NCBI GenBank assembly: GCA_951406725.2
Contig: OX597817.1
Span: forward strand, 38,936,001-39,000,000
Source: Octopus vulgaris
Lineage: Eukaryota
DNA: 64,000 nucleotides
Reading direction: 5' to 3'
In this document: positions 51,179 through 64,000 of the stretch, one piece after another
Layout: every line of letters starts with the position of its first letter
Numbering within the stretch: the first letter of the stretch is position 1
Position numbers and translations under genes: made by a program
The notes under the pieces: generated by a model
The model's database searches: none
Told to the model about the DNA's origin: nothing
What the model saw: the letters and a program-made list of their open reading frames with translations, nothing else

Positions 51179-52349
51179 GTAAGTAACAAACCAAAGGATT
51201 TGGTATTTTTGTTTTAGTTTTTTAGTTGGCTTTTTTTTTAAGTCAAGAAAAGAAAAAGAGAATCAGTATTATCTAGAAGGCCATTTGACTAATCTTGAGA
51301 AATTTTTATATTGCATAGTCAGGAGGAAGTGCAATGTCTATGACCCTTTTCATGGCCTCCAAAACTAGAGGGAAGGAAGACAAAAATATCTTTAAACCAA
51401 AGACCGGCTTAAGGTGTGTTATCTGCTAAAGGCATCCAAGGTGTAATCTATAAAGTGTAGTTAAAAACATTGGATCATGGGTGTTGCATTGTCTCCTTGT
51501 GCAAGACACTTCACTTCGTGTCTACTCAGCTGAAAATGAGTGCCAGTGATAGCTGTGGGTTGCCCTTGTGACAGACTGACATCTTATTTAGGAATGAATT
51601 CTTGTACTTTCAGTTGCACCTTGGAAACTTGGTTAAACTCTGGCCTAATGAGACAAACTTTAACTTTTGATCTATAGGAGTGTAATTATTTGTTTTTGAC
51701 TAAGTTTTCTAAAGCAAGGAACATTTAGTATTTGATGTAAGATAATAAGTTTTCCACACTGGTCATCATTGAGAAAGAATAGACACTCAATGTGTGCATG
51801 TGCAGAAAATTATAATTTATACTTTGCATATATTTCAGGTTTATTATTGGATATATTTGCTTGTTAATTAAACTGGTCATGGCAGTTTCCTTCTGTAGGT
51901 GTAAGGCCCACAGTTGTATAATTAATTCCTATGGAAAAGAAGTTTGTCATTGATTTAACTTGGCTAAACATACTCTAGCAATCATTCTTTCTCAAGAAGG
52001 TTTACATATTAAATGGAAATACTAGGAAGTAACTACATTTATCCTTGTTTATTATAGGTGTTTGGTTCCAAGAAAAGACTGTGTTAAGTGAATCAATAAG
52101 AAATGAATAATAGAACATATGGTAAAAATAGGTTTCGTTCCATGGCCCCAAGTTGTCCTGAGCAATGTGGATGTTTATTGGGGATTTTTTTGCTATCTGA
52201 GCAGAATTTTTTACTAATTGCTGCTCCAAATTATCACAAGTTACACTTGTGATAAGTGTAACTTGGTTCACAATGAGCACACTGTGGTATCATAAATCAA
52301 TGATAAACAAAGGTAGATGTACTAACATTCTACTTTCCTGATTTGATGG

Positions 52350-54000
52350 AATTAGGATTTTCATAGTCCTCCAGGCCATAACAGAGGAATTTAAGACAGA
52401 TGCACATGGGAGCTACTCTACAATGATGACTTTGTTCTTATTGCTGAATCACTACCAGAACTTGAGAAGAAATTGCAGGTGTGGAAGCAAGGTCTGGAAT
52501 CAAATGGCTTTAGAGTTAATTTAACAAAGACCAAAGTCCTAGTAAGTAGGAAAACAGACAAATCACCTATCCCTTCAGGGAAATGGCTCTGTTCAGTATG
52601 TAGAATAGGTGTTGGTAGAAACTCCATACAGTGTACCCAGTGCAAACTATGGACACATAAGAGATGCAGTAGTATCACAGGAAAGTTAAAAGAGAAAGTA
52701 GTCGTTATATGTGGCTGATGTTCAAATGCATTAAACACCATGAATTTACAGACAAGAGACTCCTTCAAATGTATAGAGGCATCCTTAAAAGTAGTAGACA
52801 GTTTTTGCTACCAGGCGACCAAGTTATCAGTGGAGAAGGTAGTTCTGAAAGCATAGCTGCTAGAATAAGAATAAGCTGGATAAAGTTCAGAGAACTACTA
52901 CTTCTGTTATTAACAAAGAGCCTCTCCTTCAGGCAAATTTTAGGGTTAGGCAATTTTATGATGCCTGCATACAAACAGCTATGCTACATGGCTGTGACTG
53001 CTGAAGAATGCATAAATTCGAAGGAAATTAAGGCAGTATGTTCTGCTGGATGGGTTATGCCAGTGTGCACATATGACAGGTTGTAAGTGATTTGAAAAAA
53101 AAAAAACTGGGTATACAAGGCATCAGATGTGTGCAAGAAGGATGACTGCAGTGGTATGGTAATGTGATTATCATCATCATTTAACGTCCTCTTTCCATGC
53201 TAGCATGGGTTGGACGATTTGACTGAGGACTGGCGAACCAGATGGTTGCACCAGGCTTCAATCTGATCTGGCAGAGTTTCTACAGCTGGATGCCCTTCCT
53301 AATGCCAACCATTCCAAGAGTGTAGTGGGTGCTTTTACGTGCCACCGGCATGAGGGCCAGTCTGACGGTACTGGCAATGACCACGCTCAAATGGTGTTTT
53401 TACGTGCCACCAGCACAGGAGCCAGTCCAGCACCACTGACAATGGATTGGGACAACTGAATCAAGAAGTGTTGATCTCTAATTCTGAAGGGAATATGCGA
53501 AAGGAGTACACCCAGGAAGATGTGGGATGAAATGGTGAGAAAGAGTCTTCAGACATTGGCCACACAGAGAAGTTGACAAGAGACTGAAACTTCTGGTGGT
53601 TTGATGCACTTGAGAAGACATGTCAAGCTAAGTAAATTGTGGCTGTTCATGCATACAGGCATGTCCTCTACATCTTACTCTCAACCAAGAGATCCTAGTT
53701 TTGCAGGCTTGTGGTGCCACATAAAAGCACTTGTGCTGATGCCATGCAAAAGTGCCCATACTGGTGCCATGTAAAAAGACAGTGCCAGTGCTACATAAAA
53801 AGCACCTGTGCCGGTACCATGTAAAAGTGCCTGTGCCAGCACTACGGAAAAGCACCCATACTGATTCCATATAAAAGCATCCAGCCATAGAAACCATGCC
53901 AAAATAGACAAATGGATTCCAGGCAGCTCTCCAGCCGGTCACCTCCTAGTAAACTGCCCAACCCATGCTTACATGGAGAACAGATGTTGAATGATGATGT
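52350..54000 (+). mobile_element. Decayed RTE (PHD family), interrupted at 53168-53445 by an inverted 3'UTR copy
   Basis: WKQGLESNGFRVNLTKTKVL..CSVCR..CTQCKLWTHKRC, SIAARIRISW, then the 3'UTR with 24-25-bp repeats and a (GAT)n tail. Confidence 0.85.
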
Positions 54001-54089
54001 TGCTCTGTACTTACTGAGTATTAGAATTTAATATCTTTTATGTTAAATAATTCATAGAACCATTCCTTTAAAAGAAGGTTTACATATTA

Positions 54090-54472
54090 AAAGTTCGAAT
54101 TCTACTGAGGTCAGCTTTGCTCTTCATCCTTTTGGAGTTGATAAAATAAATACCAATTGAGCACTGGGGTCAATGTAATCAACTTACCCACCTCCCACAA
54201 AATTGCTGACCTTGCGCCAAAATGTGAAACCATTATTATGAAATAACTTAAGGTGATAAGCTGGCAGTATTGTTAGCATGCAAGAAAAAAATGCTTAGTG
54301 ACATTTGTTCTGACTTTTTACTTTCTGAGTTCAAATCCCATCAAGGTCAACTTTACTGTTCATCCTTTCAGGGTAAATAAAATATATAGCAGTCAAGTAC
54401 TGGAGCCAGTGTAATCAACTTGTCACCTTTCCTCAAAATTACTGGCCTTGTGCCAAAATTAGAAAGAATTAT
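54090..54472 (+). mobile_element. Two tandem family-B SINEs
   Basis: gttcgaattc..gaggtcagctttgctcttcatcctt and ggtgataagctggcag..gagttcaaatccc..catcctttcaggg. Confidence 0.7.
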
Positions 54473-54822
54473 TATGAAATACCTTATTATTAACTTACTA
54501 CAACTTAGTTTTAGACCCTCCTACTTTCTGTGGGGTGGCAAGAGACCATCCAGCACATCCCGAGGCCCTGTCACAAACTTGCTCCCAGACCTAACCCATA
54601 TCTTGCAAGTCCTCCTCACCACAGTCCTCTGCCAGGTCTTAACAGGTTTACCTTTCCACCTTAGCTCCACTCTCAAACCTAACTACATAATTAAAATTTT
54701 TTTTTTTTGAGCATTCTGTCTGATGTCCAAATGATTCTTCCCTTGCTACATAATAACCTGTTATTAAAATATTTCAGATATTTTCTGTATTTCTAAAACT
54801 AACTTCATTTTTAAAATTTCAG

Positions 54823-54924
54823 TTACATTTATTAAAACGATCACCAAGGACAAAAAGAAAAAAGACGAGGAGAAAACAATTACTCTTGGCCAATGCACAG
54901 TTGATCTTTTACCTCTCGTCAAAG
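54823..54924 (+). CDS. CFAP70: CFAP70 coding exon 3
   Basis: LTFIKTITKDKKKKDEEKTITLGQCTVDLLPLVKG matches human [34 protein letters not shown]. Canonical ag/gtaagt sites. Confidence 0.93.
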
Positions 54925-55188
54925 GTAAGTTGGTGTGGCTGGCTTTAACCAGATAGTATTAGTAGTTTCCCCTCATATACAGTGGGTAAAAAGCATTTAA
55001 CCCACTCTGTAAAGTGGTTGGCATTAGGAAGGGCATCCAGCTATAAAACCATGGCAAAACTGACAGTGGAGTTTGATGCAGTTCTCTGACTTTCCAGCTC
55101 CTATTAAACTGTCCAACCCATGCCAGTATGGAAGATAGATGTTAAATGATGATGATGATCAGGACATATGTATATATTGGTATTATTG

Positions 55189-55238
<50 letters not shown>

Positions 55239-56200
55239 GCCTTTGCACAGCTTCTAATGCTGGAGATGTACTACGGTGTCAGCTGTTCACTACCAGTGAA
55301 CTAAGGTAGCACCTTCCGGAGTATTCGAGCAGTTCCAAGCAGTGCTGTTTTCTGCAAGTGCTTCACCCTTATTGCAGCCCCTATTTGTTCCATGTACTTC
55401 TCGAGATTTTTGCTCATTGTTCCCAGGGCTCCGACAATTATTGGTACTACTGTACCTTTTTCATCGACCACAACTGCTTAACTTCCCAAGCTAACCTGTC
55501 ATATCTCTTGACATTTCTTTCTTCTTTATCACATACCTTGTCAGCTGGGCATGCTATATCTATGATCCAGCATAGTTTGTTTTCTTTCTCAATCAAGATT
55601 ATATCTGGCTTCCTATTCTCTATCTCATGGTTGCACTGAATCATAAAATCCCATAGGATCTTTGCATTTCTATTTTCGATGATGCTGTCCATACTTGTTG
55701 CAAAGTGTCCAATGGACAAGCCTGGCTATATTGTCATGGCATCTCTTATATTCCTTCTGGGCTAGTGGCGTACATTGGCTGGTAATATGCCATACAGTTT
55801 CACCATTTTCTCCACAGATTCTGCACTTATCACTTTCTGCTGTGTTATCTATTCTGTATTTTATGTAGTTTGTTTTTAATGCTTGCTCTTGGGCAGCACA
55901 GATTAGAGCCTCTGTTTCCGGTTTTAAATCACTTTTAGTCATCCACAGCCATCTTTTTTCTTTGTCTGTTTTATCTTCAACATCCCTATGAAATTGACCA
56001 TGCATTCTTTTCTTTACCTGCCTATTTTCAGTTTCATTCGTTTTCAATTTTTTGTATAGTGCTTTATCTTTGCAATCTTTCATCCTACACAAGCCTGACC
56101 TTCTTACTTGTAATAATAGCGGTTCTGTGGCATTTTTTTACATACCATGCTATGTTGTTTTCTTCTGCTCTAATGCTGTGTTTGCATCCAATAAGTCCTC
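55239..56200 (-). mobile_element. Dong/R4-clade non-LTR retrotransposon 3' fragment (CCHC finger plus restriction-like endonuclease) in (TAA)n
   Basis: MHGQF..ETEALICAAQEQ..CRICG..ETVWHITSQC..HDNIA and ILWDF..RKPDII..IIDIACP..KRYDRLA. The 3' end abuts a long (TAA)n, the known Dong target. Confidence 0.9.
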
Positions 56201-56213
56201 TTCCCCCTTCCCT

Positions 56214-56346
<133 letters not shown>

Positions 56347-57607
56347 TTGGGTTGTCTGGAATATTCGTGCTTACCTTTCAACCTATTTTAGAACATGGTT
56401 GAGTCCATAAAATAGGATTTGACTACACCTCCATTTAGAGCACAGTTTAAGCTATCTTTTCATGGAAGAAGGTTTATGTTCCTATAACCTGTGTTAATTC
56501 TGTAAAATGGAAGATAAGAAACTTCATTTTCGGCACTTGATGCTTTTCTTTTTCCATAAACAGAAAAATGCCTCACAAGCAACCAAAAAAATATGCACAG
56601 TTTACAGTGATGTTTCTTTATCCAAAAGAACTGTATGGAAGTGGTTTGCAAGGTTCCGAGCTGGAGATTGTAGCCTTATTGATAAAGAGTGATCAGGCAG
56701 ACCATCCACTACAGATGATGACCAAATCAAGTCATTAATTGAGAATAACCCATATTGCACAACCTCAGAATTGGCAGAAAGCCTCAACCCATCAAAATCC
56801 ATCGTTCATGAGCACCTGGTAAATCTTGGGTACACAAATTACTATGATGTTTGGGTACCACATGAGTTGAGTGAGAAGAACCTTTTGGATCACATTTCCA
56901 TCTGTGATTTGCTTTATAAACGGAATGAAAACGCACCTTTTTTAAAGCAAATTGTGACAGGTGATAAGAAATGGATTATCTACCGAAATGTTCAGAGGAA
57001 GCGATCCTGGAGTAAGCGACATGAGCCACCCTTAGCCACCCCAAAAGTGGATCTTCACCTTGAAAAAGTCTTGCTTTGTGTCTGGTGGGATTGGAAAGGA
57101 ATTCTGTACTATGAGCTTCTCCCAAGTAACCAGACAATTAATTCTGAGAAATACTGCACAGAACTGGACAAGTTAAAAGCAGCAATTGAAGAGAAACGTC
57201 CAGAATTGGCCAACAGGAAGGGTGTTGTTTTCCAACATGATAATGCAAGACTGCACGTTTCTTTAGCAACCAGACAAAAATTGCTGCAGCTCGACTGGGA
57301 TGTGTTACTCCACCCTCCATATTCACCAGATATTGCTCCTTCGGATTTCCACTTTTCAGGTCTCTGCAGAATAGTCTTAATGGTAAAAATTTCAATTCCT
57401 TGGATGATGTAAGAAGATACCTTGATGAATTCTTTGCTATGAAACCACCTCAATTCTGGGAAGAGGGTATTTTCAAGTTAAAGGAAAGATGGAGATGCAT
57501 TGTGCAACAAAATGGTTCATATTTGGTTGATTAAAAATGTAATGGCAAGTATTTATTGACTTTTTTCTTTCCTTTAAAAATCGGCATGAATATTCTGGAC
57601 AACCCAA
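56347..57607 (+). mobile_element. Full-length mariner (DD34D) element with an inactivated transposase (ATG 56507 to TAA ~57533)
   Basis: TA|TTGGGTTGTCTGGAATATTC...GAATATTCTGGACAACCCAA|TA. Motifs WVPHEL, TGDKKW, HDNA and PPYSPDIAPSD. In-frame TGA at 56690 and a frameshift near 57356. Inserted in (TAG)n. Confidence 0.95.
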
Positions 57608-57652
57608 TAGTAGTAGTCTTGACCAATTTTTGACTGAGTTTTCTTTTTTCAG

Positions 57653-57735
57653 GAGAAATAAGCCATGAAACAACTATAGAATTAGTATCGATTCCTGGTT
57701 CAATATTGGAATGTTTCTTACCAGATGTTCCAAAG
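57653..57735 (+). CDS. CFAP70: CFAP70 coding exon 4
   Basis: GEISHETTIELVSIPGSILECFLPDVPK resembles human GQSSFQTTVPLHPVQGSPLE. ag/gtatgt, phases consistent. Confidence 0.85.
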
Positions 57736-57830
57736 GTATGTACAGAAAAAAAAAACATCTTTGAAATAATGAGTTTCTCTTAATGGTGACCCTTTTTATC
57801 AGTTATATGGTTAAAAGAAAATACATATAG

Positions 57831-58262
57831 GGGCAGGTGTGGCTGTGTGGTAAGAAGTTTGCTTTCAAGCCACATGGTTTCAGGTTCAGTCTCACTGCAT
57901 GGCACCCTGGGAAAATGTCTTCTACCGTAGCCCTGGGCCAACTAAAGCCTTGTGAGTGGATTTAGTACATGGAAACTGAAAGAAGCCTATTGTGTATACG
58001 TATATATATGTACAGATATATACTTGTACATGTGCATGTGTGTGTGTCTTTCTGTTTGTGTCTGTACCTCTGCCCCTTGCCAACCATTGTTGGTCTGTTT
58101 ATGTCCCTGTAATTTAGTAGTTCAACAAAAGAGATGCATAGAAAAAGTACCAGATTTCAAAAAGAAAAATAAGTACTCAGATAGATTTGTTTGATTAAAA
58201 CCTTCCAAAGTGGTGACCAGCAGGGCCACAGTCTAATGATCGAAACACATAAAAGTTAAAAG
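57831..58262 (+). mobile_element. tRNA-head CORE-type SINE (family A)
   Basis: gtggctgtgtggtaagaag..ggttcagtc..gcaccctgggaaaatgtctt, same layout as 35011-35420. Confidence 0.8.
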
Positions 58263-58396
58263 ACACCCACTAGGATCATAGGTATGCAGATAATTAACAC
58301 TCTACCAACATCAGTGAAAATAATCCTGATTCTATAATCAGGATTGGCTTAAAGCTAAACTACAATAACTCTCATGAAGAAATTACTTTTTTTCCA

Positions 58397-58770
58397 CCAA
58401 AGTCCTAATAAGTAGGAAGGCAGGCATACCACAAGTCCCTTCACGTAGTTGGCCTTGCTTGATCTGTAGAAAAGGTATAGGTAGAAACTCTATAAGATGT
58501 ACCCAGTGTAAGCCATGGACACATAAGAGGTGCAGCAATATCAAAGGAAGGCTAACTAGGAAGATAGTTTTTGTATGTGGCAGATGCTCAGGAACAATAA
58601 ACACTGAAAATGTGCAGAGAACAACTTCTGCTACATTCCAAGGAGAAAAACTAGAAGTAGTTGATAGCTTCCTTTACCTAGGTGACCAAGTCAGTAGCTG
58701 GGGAAGGTGTACTGAAAGTGTAGCTGCTAGAATAAGAATAGCCTGGGCAAAGTTCAGAGAGCTCTTACCT
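58397..58770 (+). mobile_element. RTE internal fragment centred on the PHD-like finger
   Basis: CLICRKGIGRNSIRCTQCKPWTHKRC..VFVCGRC..LEVVDSFLYLG..SVAARIRIAWAKFRELLP. Confidence 0.85.
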
Positions 58771-59151
58771 GACAATGGCCTAATAAAATCTTTTATACAC
58801 AAAAAAAGCAAAAAAAAAAGCAGTTTATGTGCTTATGTGCCAGCCTTTAGTTGCAGTTGCAGAGTGATGATGTGAGATAAAACTTCTACTGGGTAGGATA
58901 CCTGAGTATCAGAGACAACATTTCCATACTACTGATACCTATTATCTATTATCAACAGTTAGATGAACTTAAAAATAAATATAAAGTGTTCTGCACAGAA
59001 ATATAGCAAAACTCCATCTTCAGATTTGGACTTGTCACCCATAGTCTCATATCTAATTGTCTAGTTCTTAAATATACAAGATAAATTTTTAAAAACACTG
59101 TAAGAAGATAATAGACTAAATTATTTTATTTATTTTTTCTTCATTTTTCAG

Positions 59152-59322
59152 CCTGAAATCGATGTCTGTATATCAATATCAAAATCCCTTCTGGAGAGAG
59201 AAGAATTATCTGGTTACAATATCATGACCATAACAATCGAATCTCTTAACTCACCACCAGAAACTTTAGTTCTACAAAATCATGTACTGACAGCAGCTAT
59301 TTCAGTACCTATTATCGATCAT
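59152..59322 (+). CDS. CFAP70: CFAP70 coding exon 5
   Basis: PEIDVCISISKSLL..SGYNIMTITIESLNSPPE resembles human LEVKVLVAEPLL..SGGNLLKVTLEAAYSVPE. 171 nt, ag/gtaaga. Confidence 0.88.
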
Positions 59323-60003
59323 GTAAGACTTCTTTATCTATGATATTTGTACGTGTGAAATAAATATAGTTGCTATAGATGAAATAATCGTGATCAGTCA
59401 ACAGAAATACATATTATTATATATAATTAACCAGTTGGTGAATGTTGTGTGTGTGTGTCTAAATGTTTACACACACACATGCACACACATGTAGTTAGAG
59501 TAATAATGCTAATTAATTATGCATCTACACTTTGACTCTGATTTGATATTTTCTCATGTTGAGTAGACCAATCTTTTGACCTTGACCGTGGCCAGAACTT
59601 CCAAGCAATGAACAGGAGCATACTTACCTCTGACTTTAGAAACTTCAATTTATCTCCCTTGCCTCTCTAGGTAATGATGATGACAACGATGTTAGTAAAC
59701 TTCCTATGCTGAGCTCTATTCTCTTGTTTCCTTACCTGAGTGACGCAGAAATGAAACTCTTCCTGCAGAAGTAACTATCCTCCTTCATGGTTTCCTCAAG
59801 AATATTGCCTCATGCAGGAGATTTCATGTATTTTAACATTTTAAATGCCAGCACTAACTTCAGCAAACATCTTTGTCCAAGTGATGAATGGCAGGCATCT
59901 CACAACATTTCTCCTTGACTGCTAGATCCATTGGTTTATGCTGTGTTAGGAGCTAGTTGAAGCATTCTCCACTGCCTTTCATTATTGGCCTTTCATTAGA
60001 GAT

Positions 60004-60707
60004 CAGTGGTGGCTCGTGTATAGGCATTGTAGAACTGCAGCACCCTCTATTTCCAATTGATATTATTGATAACATTCAATACAATGAGTCCTTTTTTCTT
60101 TAATTCTTTCTTTATACTTGTACATTATATTATCCTTAAGCTTAACGTCAGTAGCCATCCCCTAGTTTATGAAGAAAATACAAAAATCTTTGTATAGAAC
60201 TGTGCGTTTCACAGTTCCAGCAACATGGTGTTTGGCTGTTGTGTGCTTGCTCACATGTCCGAGATAGGAAGCTTCACACTAGGGAAAGAGAGCACTGTTG
60301 TTCACTCAGTGCTGACCCCAGTGTTCTGGTGAAGGGTAGTGTTTCTCTTTGACTCCACGTGTGTTGTGCTTAAAAACATGTTTATATTCTTGAATATGAT
60401 AAAGTGTAGAATTAGATTATTATACAGCTTCCAACTTCAATGTTGCTGCCAGGGTTTGAAAAATAGGGCATTCCCCGCCCCCAATTTTGTGATTTAGGTG
60501 GGATTTTTGAAAATCAGGGTAGAATTCACAGCTGTGTTCAGTAAACAAATTAAACACACTACCTGGCAGTGGCTAAAATGCGATCTGATCAAATTTATGC
60601 ATAAATTTTCTTTTTATATGTTTGTTTCCTTTTACACTATATAAAAACAATGGCTAAAAATTTTCTAAAGCAGCAACCCAACTAATTTTATCTATGAGCT
60701 GCCACTG
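60004..60707. mobile_element. hAT-like non-autonomous element
   Basis: CAGTGGTGGCTCGT...ATGAGCTGCCACTG terminal inverted repeats; only a partly matching 8-bp flank (ttagagat/gtattgat). Confidence 0.55.
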
Positions 60708-60980
60708 GTATTGATGTTTTCTGGTGCTTGACTGATGCTACAAAACATTCCTGATGCTATACAGAATCTTTATTGCATCATAGAAATTGTGCATGCTTCT
60801 TAGGAAGAGTGTCCACTCATAGAAATCACTCTAAAACAGACATCGGTGGATAATATGGTCCTCTAACTCACCATATTATGTCAAATTATCCAACCCATGC
60901 CAGCAGGGAGAGTAGATATTAAATGGTTATGGTACACACTGTGTGTGTGTATGTGTGTGTGTGTGTGTTTGTGTGTGTGA

Positions 60981-61268
60981 AGGTACTTGGCCTAGTGGTT
61001 TGCGTATTGCATTCACAGTTGCTAGATCATGGGTTTGATTTCCTAACCGTGTAGCATGTTGTGTTCTTGAGCAAAACACTTCATTTCCCATCGCTCCAGT
61101 CCACTCAGCTGTGAATGAGTAACCCTGTGAGAGAATAGTCTTCTGATCAGAGGGAATGTTGACATGCTTGCTTATCCAGTGGGGTAGCATCATTCAAAGG
61201 TTAAATCAATGCAAAGCGTATTGTGACCTGTGGTGCATAACATCTGATAGTCTGGTCAACATCATGAT
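60981..61268 (+). mobile_element. tRNA-derived SINE, family C
   Basis: tggcctagtgg A box, ggtttgattt B-like box, gtgttcttgagcaaaacact core; tail shared with 61651-61928. Confidence 0.7.
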
Positions 61269-61309
61269 ATACACACACACGTGCACGCACACACACACAC
61301 ACATCCCCA

Positions 61310-62370
61310 AAAGTGAAACCTCTCTGACTCCATCAACTACTGACCTATTACTCCACTCTTAATATTTCAAAGATGATGGAGAGTCACTAACAACAATTTT
61401 TTTCTGACACCTTTAATCACACTTCCTCCTTAGTGACTATCAGTGCATCTTCCATAAAGCCAGATCTGCTGGAGTGCTACTCTCCTACATCATTTGTTAA
61501 TGGACTTTTGCCCTTGAGAAATTTGGTAAAAAGTATTGCTGATCTTGATAGCAAAGCACTTCTACTGTTGATAATAAAATTAGCCTACAAATCTTCTAGC
61601 AGACCTGCCCACCTCATTTCCAGTATCTTTAAGGTGACATCACCGTCACTGTGATCACCATGACTGATCAGGCTATCAGATGTTGCTACACATCGCTGGT
61701 CACAATGCGCTTCGCATTGTTTTAGCCTTCAAATGACGCCACCCCACTGGCTAAGAGTGAGAGAAAGTTGTGGCGAAAGAGTACAGCAGGGATCACCACT
61801 ACCCTCTGTCAGAGCCTCTTCGAGCTTTAGGTGTTTTTGCTCAATAAACACTCACAATGCTCGGTCTGGGGATCAAAACTGCGATCCTACAACTGCGAAT
61901 TCACTGCCCTAACCACTGGGCCATTGCTTTAAGGTGACATATCAGCCTAAAAATCAACCTCTTCAACACCTTGAACCTTTCACCCTTCCAATCATGTCTA
62001 GTTTGTCAATCTTCAAACAAAAATTGCCTATCTATGGGAACTAACTGTCTCTTGTTTCTTGGACTAAAGCTTTCTTGTTAAATTTCACCATTGCAATATG
62101 TGCTAATAAGGTTCTCTCTGACCCACACTATATTAATTCTAATGTGCCCTGAAGATTAGTTTTGTTCTCCATAATATTTTTCCTGCAAACCAATGATTTA
62201 TTTGTCATCATCTCCAACAACTTTTACTTCTATGCAGATGATGACACTCTTCATTCCTTCCTGATTTTAGTATCTAGATATCATTCACAGGCAACTTTGA
62301 TACCTCATACTACACCTGCACTGCTTCCATAAACAGAGACTTGAAAAACATTCTCCAATAGTAGAATTAG
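61310..62370 (+). mobile_element. Ancient L2/CR1-like LINE remnant interrupted by a SINE
   Basis: ccatcaactactgacctatt (NYRPI-like), gtgccctgaagattagt (VPQGS-like) and ttctatgcagatgat (FYADD). Confidence 0.55.
61651..61928 (-). mobile_element. tRNA-derived SINE, family C (inverted), flanked by the direct repeat ctttaaggtgacat
   Basis: Reverse complement has gcaatggcccagtggttagggcagtg and tgagcaaaaacac. ctttaaggtgacat occurs at ~61628 and ~61928 as an apparent TSD. Confidence 0.8.
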
Positions 62371-62455
62371 AAGTTGTTAAATCTACATAAAAGTTTGGAA
62401 ATAGAATTTTTAAAAATGCAATGTTGCAAAATTAATTTTTCATGATTTCATTCAG

Positions 62456-62583
62456 AAAGAAAACATTCTTGTGTTTGTTGGAAACCAGCACCGAAGTCCA
62501 GGTGATAAAGACCCATTATGTAAACAGAAGAAATGGGTCAACCCTCTTCCAGCTACTGGACATGCTGTGTACATTCCAAACAG
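62456..62583 (+). CDS. CFAP70: CFAP70 coding exon 6
   Basis: KENILVF..GDKDP..KQKKWV..YIPN resembles human KDYPILF..GEREPVPRPKKWP..NIPD. ag/gtaaat. Confidence 0.88.
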
Positions 62584-62636
62584 GTAAATCATTTCAACCC
62601 AATGACCATCTAGAATTACTACAACATTCTGAACAT

Positions 62637-63050
62637 AGGTGTAGGTGTGGCTGTGTGGTAAGAAGTTTGCTTTCTAACCACATGGTTCCAGGTTCAGTCC
62701 CACTGCATGACACCTTAGGCAAGTGTCTTCTTTAGCCTTGGGCTGACCAAGGCCTTGTGACTGGATTTGGTGGATGGAAGCTGAAAAAAGCCCATCATGT
62801 GTTTGTGTGTGTGTGTGTGTCTGTGTGTCTGTCTGTCTGTTTGTGACTGTGTTTGTCCACCACCACCTCCACCACTTGACAACAGCTGTCGGTGTGTTTG
62901 CATCCCCGTAACTTAGTAGTTCAGCAAAAAAATAAGTGAACAAAAAAATAAGCACTGGGGTAAATTCATTCAACTAAAAATTCTTCAAGGCAGTGCCCCA
63001 GCATGGCCACAGTCTAATAACTGAAACAAGTAAAAAAAAAGGTAAAAAGT
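62637..63050 (+). mobile_element. tRNA-head CORE-type SINE (family A)
   Basis: Same structure as 35011-35420. Confidence 0.82.
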
Positions 63051-63226
63051 AAATCACTAAATGTTGTCAACTTTTTCTTTTATATGCAAATTATTACAAA
63101 TATTTCCCTTTCTGTTATAAATATATAAAAAAAATATAGATTCTAGAAGCAGTAAATATCTAAAATACATGCATGCTTTTACGTATATCATTTTTCTAAT
63201 TAATAATATATTATTTTTCATTTTAG

Positions 63227-63376
63227 TTTCATCTTCAATGATCCAAAAGAAAATGAAGATGGAGACTTTCGATCAAAGGAAAACAAAGAATACAGAAAAC
63301 ATTCAGAAATGGAAAAATCAAAATTTATTTGGAACATGGAACGAAGATGTTTTCTCCATCAAACTGGGGCCAAACA
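63227..63376 (+). CDS. CFAP70: CFAP70 coding exon 7 (gene continues beyond the window)
   Basis: SFIFNDPKENEDGDF..EYRKHSEMEKSKFIWNMERRCFL resembles human [38 protein letters not shown]. ag/gtatgt. Confidence 0.9.
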
Positions 63377-63439
63377 GTATGTTTTACAAAATTGCTTAAC
63401 ACAATAATAGAAGTTGATAATATGAATGGGTCTGACTGA

Positions 63440-63665
63440 GGCAAGTAAAATCAAAATCGAAATCAAATTCGATGACTGGCATCCGTGCTAGTGGAGCACT
63501 AAGAGTACCATAGGAGTGTAATCATTGCCAGAGCAACAAGCTGGCCTCCGTGCCAGTGGCACATAAAAAGCACCATTCAAACGTGATCGTTACCTGTGTT
63601 GCCTTACTGGCACTTGTGCTGGTGGCACGTGAAAAAACATTCGAGCGAGGTCCTTGCCAGTGCCC
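63440..63665 (+). mobile_element. RTE 3'UTR fragment
   Basis: Reverse complement of 15545-15685 (gaggcaagtaaaatc..tggcacataaaaagcaccattc). Confidence 0.75.
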
Positions 63666-64000
63666 TCTTATGATAAAAGGCAGATTTTCTCTGCCTGTTC
63701 CCATGTTTCTTTTTAATACAATTCTACAATATAGAATTTCTTCAATTGGAATTTACCTATGATTTTTCCAAGTAGATTCGATTGGGTCATGGCATGTAAA
63801 GTTTTTTCAATTTGACTCCCAATTAAGCAAAAATTCGAGAAAACTCAATATTTTACGATTTACCTCTCTGATTTCAAGTGGTTTACTCCTGCTATTACCA
63901 CCACAATTTCTCTTACTTTCTCTTTGCAAGTGTGAAACTATTAAAGTGAAAGTATTTATATAACAGGGATGAGCCATTAATACTGGTCATCCTTTTTGCT

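Noticed and set aside
53712-53882. CRISPR array
   Set aside because: Units are contiguous with no unique spacers, there are no cas genes, and the context is a eukaryotic LINE 3'UTR.

Overview
AT-rich, microsatellite-rich, intron-containing animal DNA. The SINE and RTE repeat landscape suggests a coleoid cephalopod such as Octopus, but that is an inference. Host genes: (1) an intronless RWD+RBR E3 ligase, RNF14 (18891-20261, +); (2) a 3-exon THAP-domain gene (44565->36056, -) that looks like a domesticated P-element/THAP9-type transposase, with probable fossil remnants of the rest of the transposase downstream; (3) the first 7 coding exons of CFAP70/TTC18 (48075->63376, +, continuing beyond the window), head-to-head with the THAP gene and with an RFX X-box between them; (4) a probable first coding exon of a minus-strand gene at 6489-6423. 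Most of the rest is decayed transposons: CR1-like, RTE (a family with a PHD finger inside the RT), Dong/R4, mariner, Tc1, pogo-, piggyBac-, hAT- and Merlin-like MITEs, non-autonomous Helitrons and several SINE families. Most notable: three Penelope-like terminal-repeat remnants carrying minimal hammerhead ribozyme motifs, one in a 135-bp-arm foldback and one a putative U3:A8 covariant. All gene identities are from recognising translated motifs, not from database searches.
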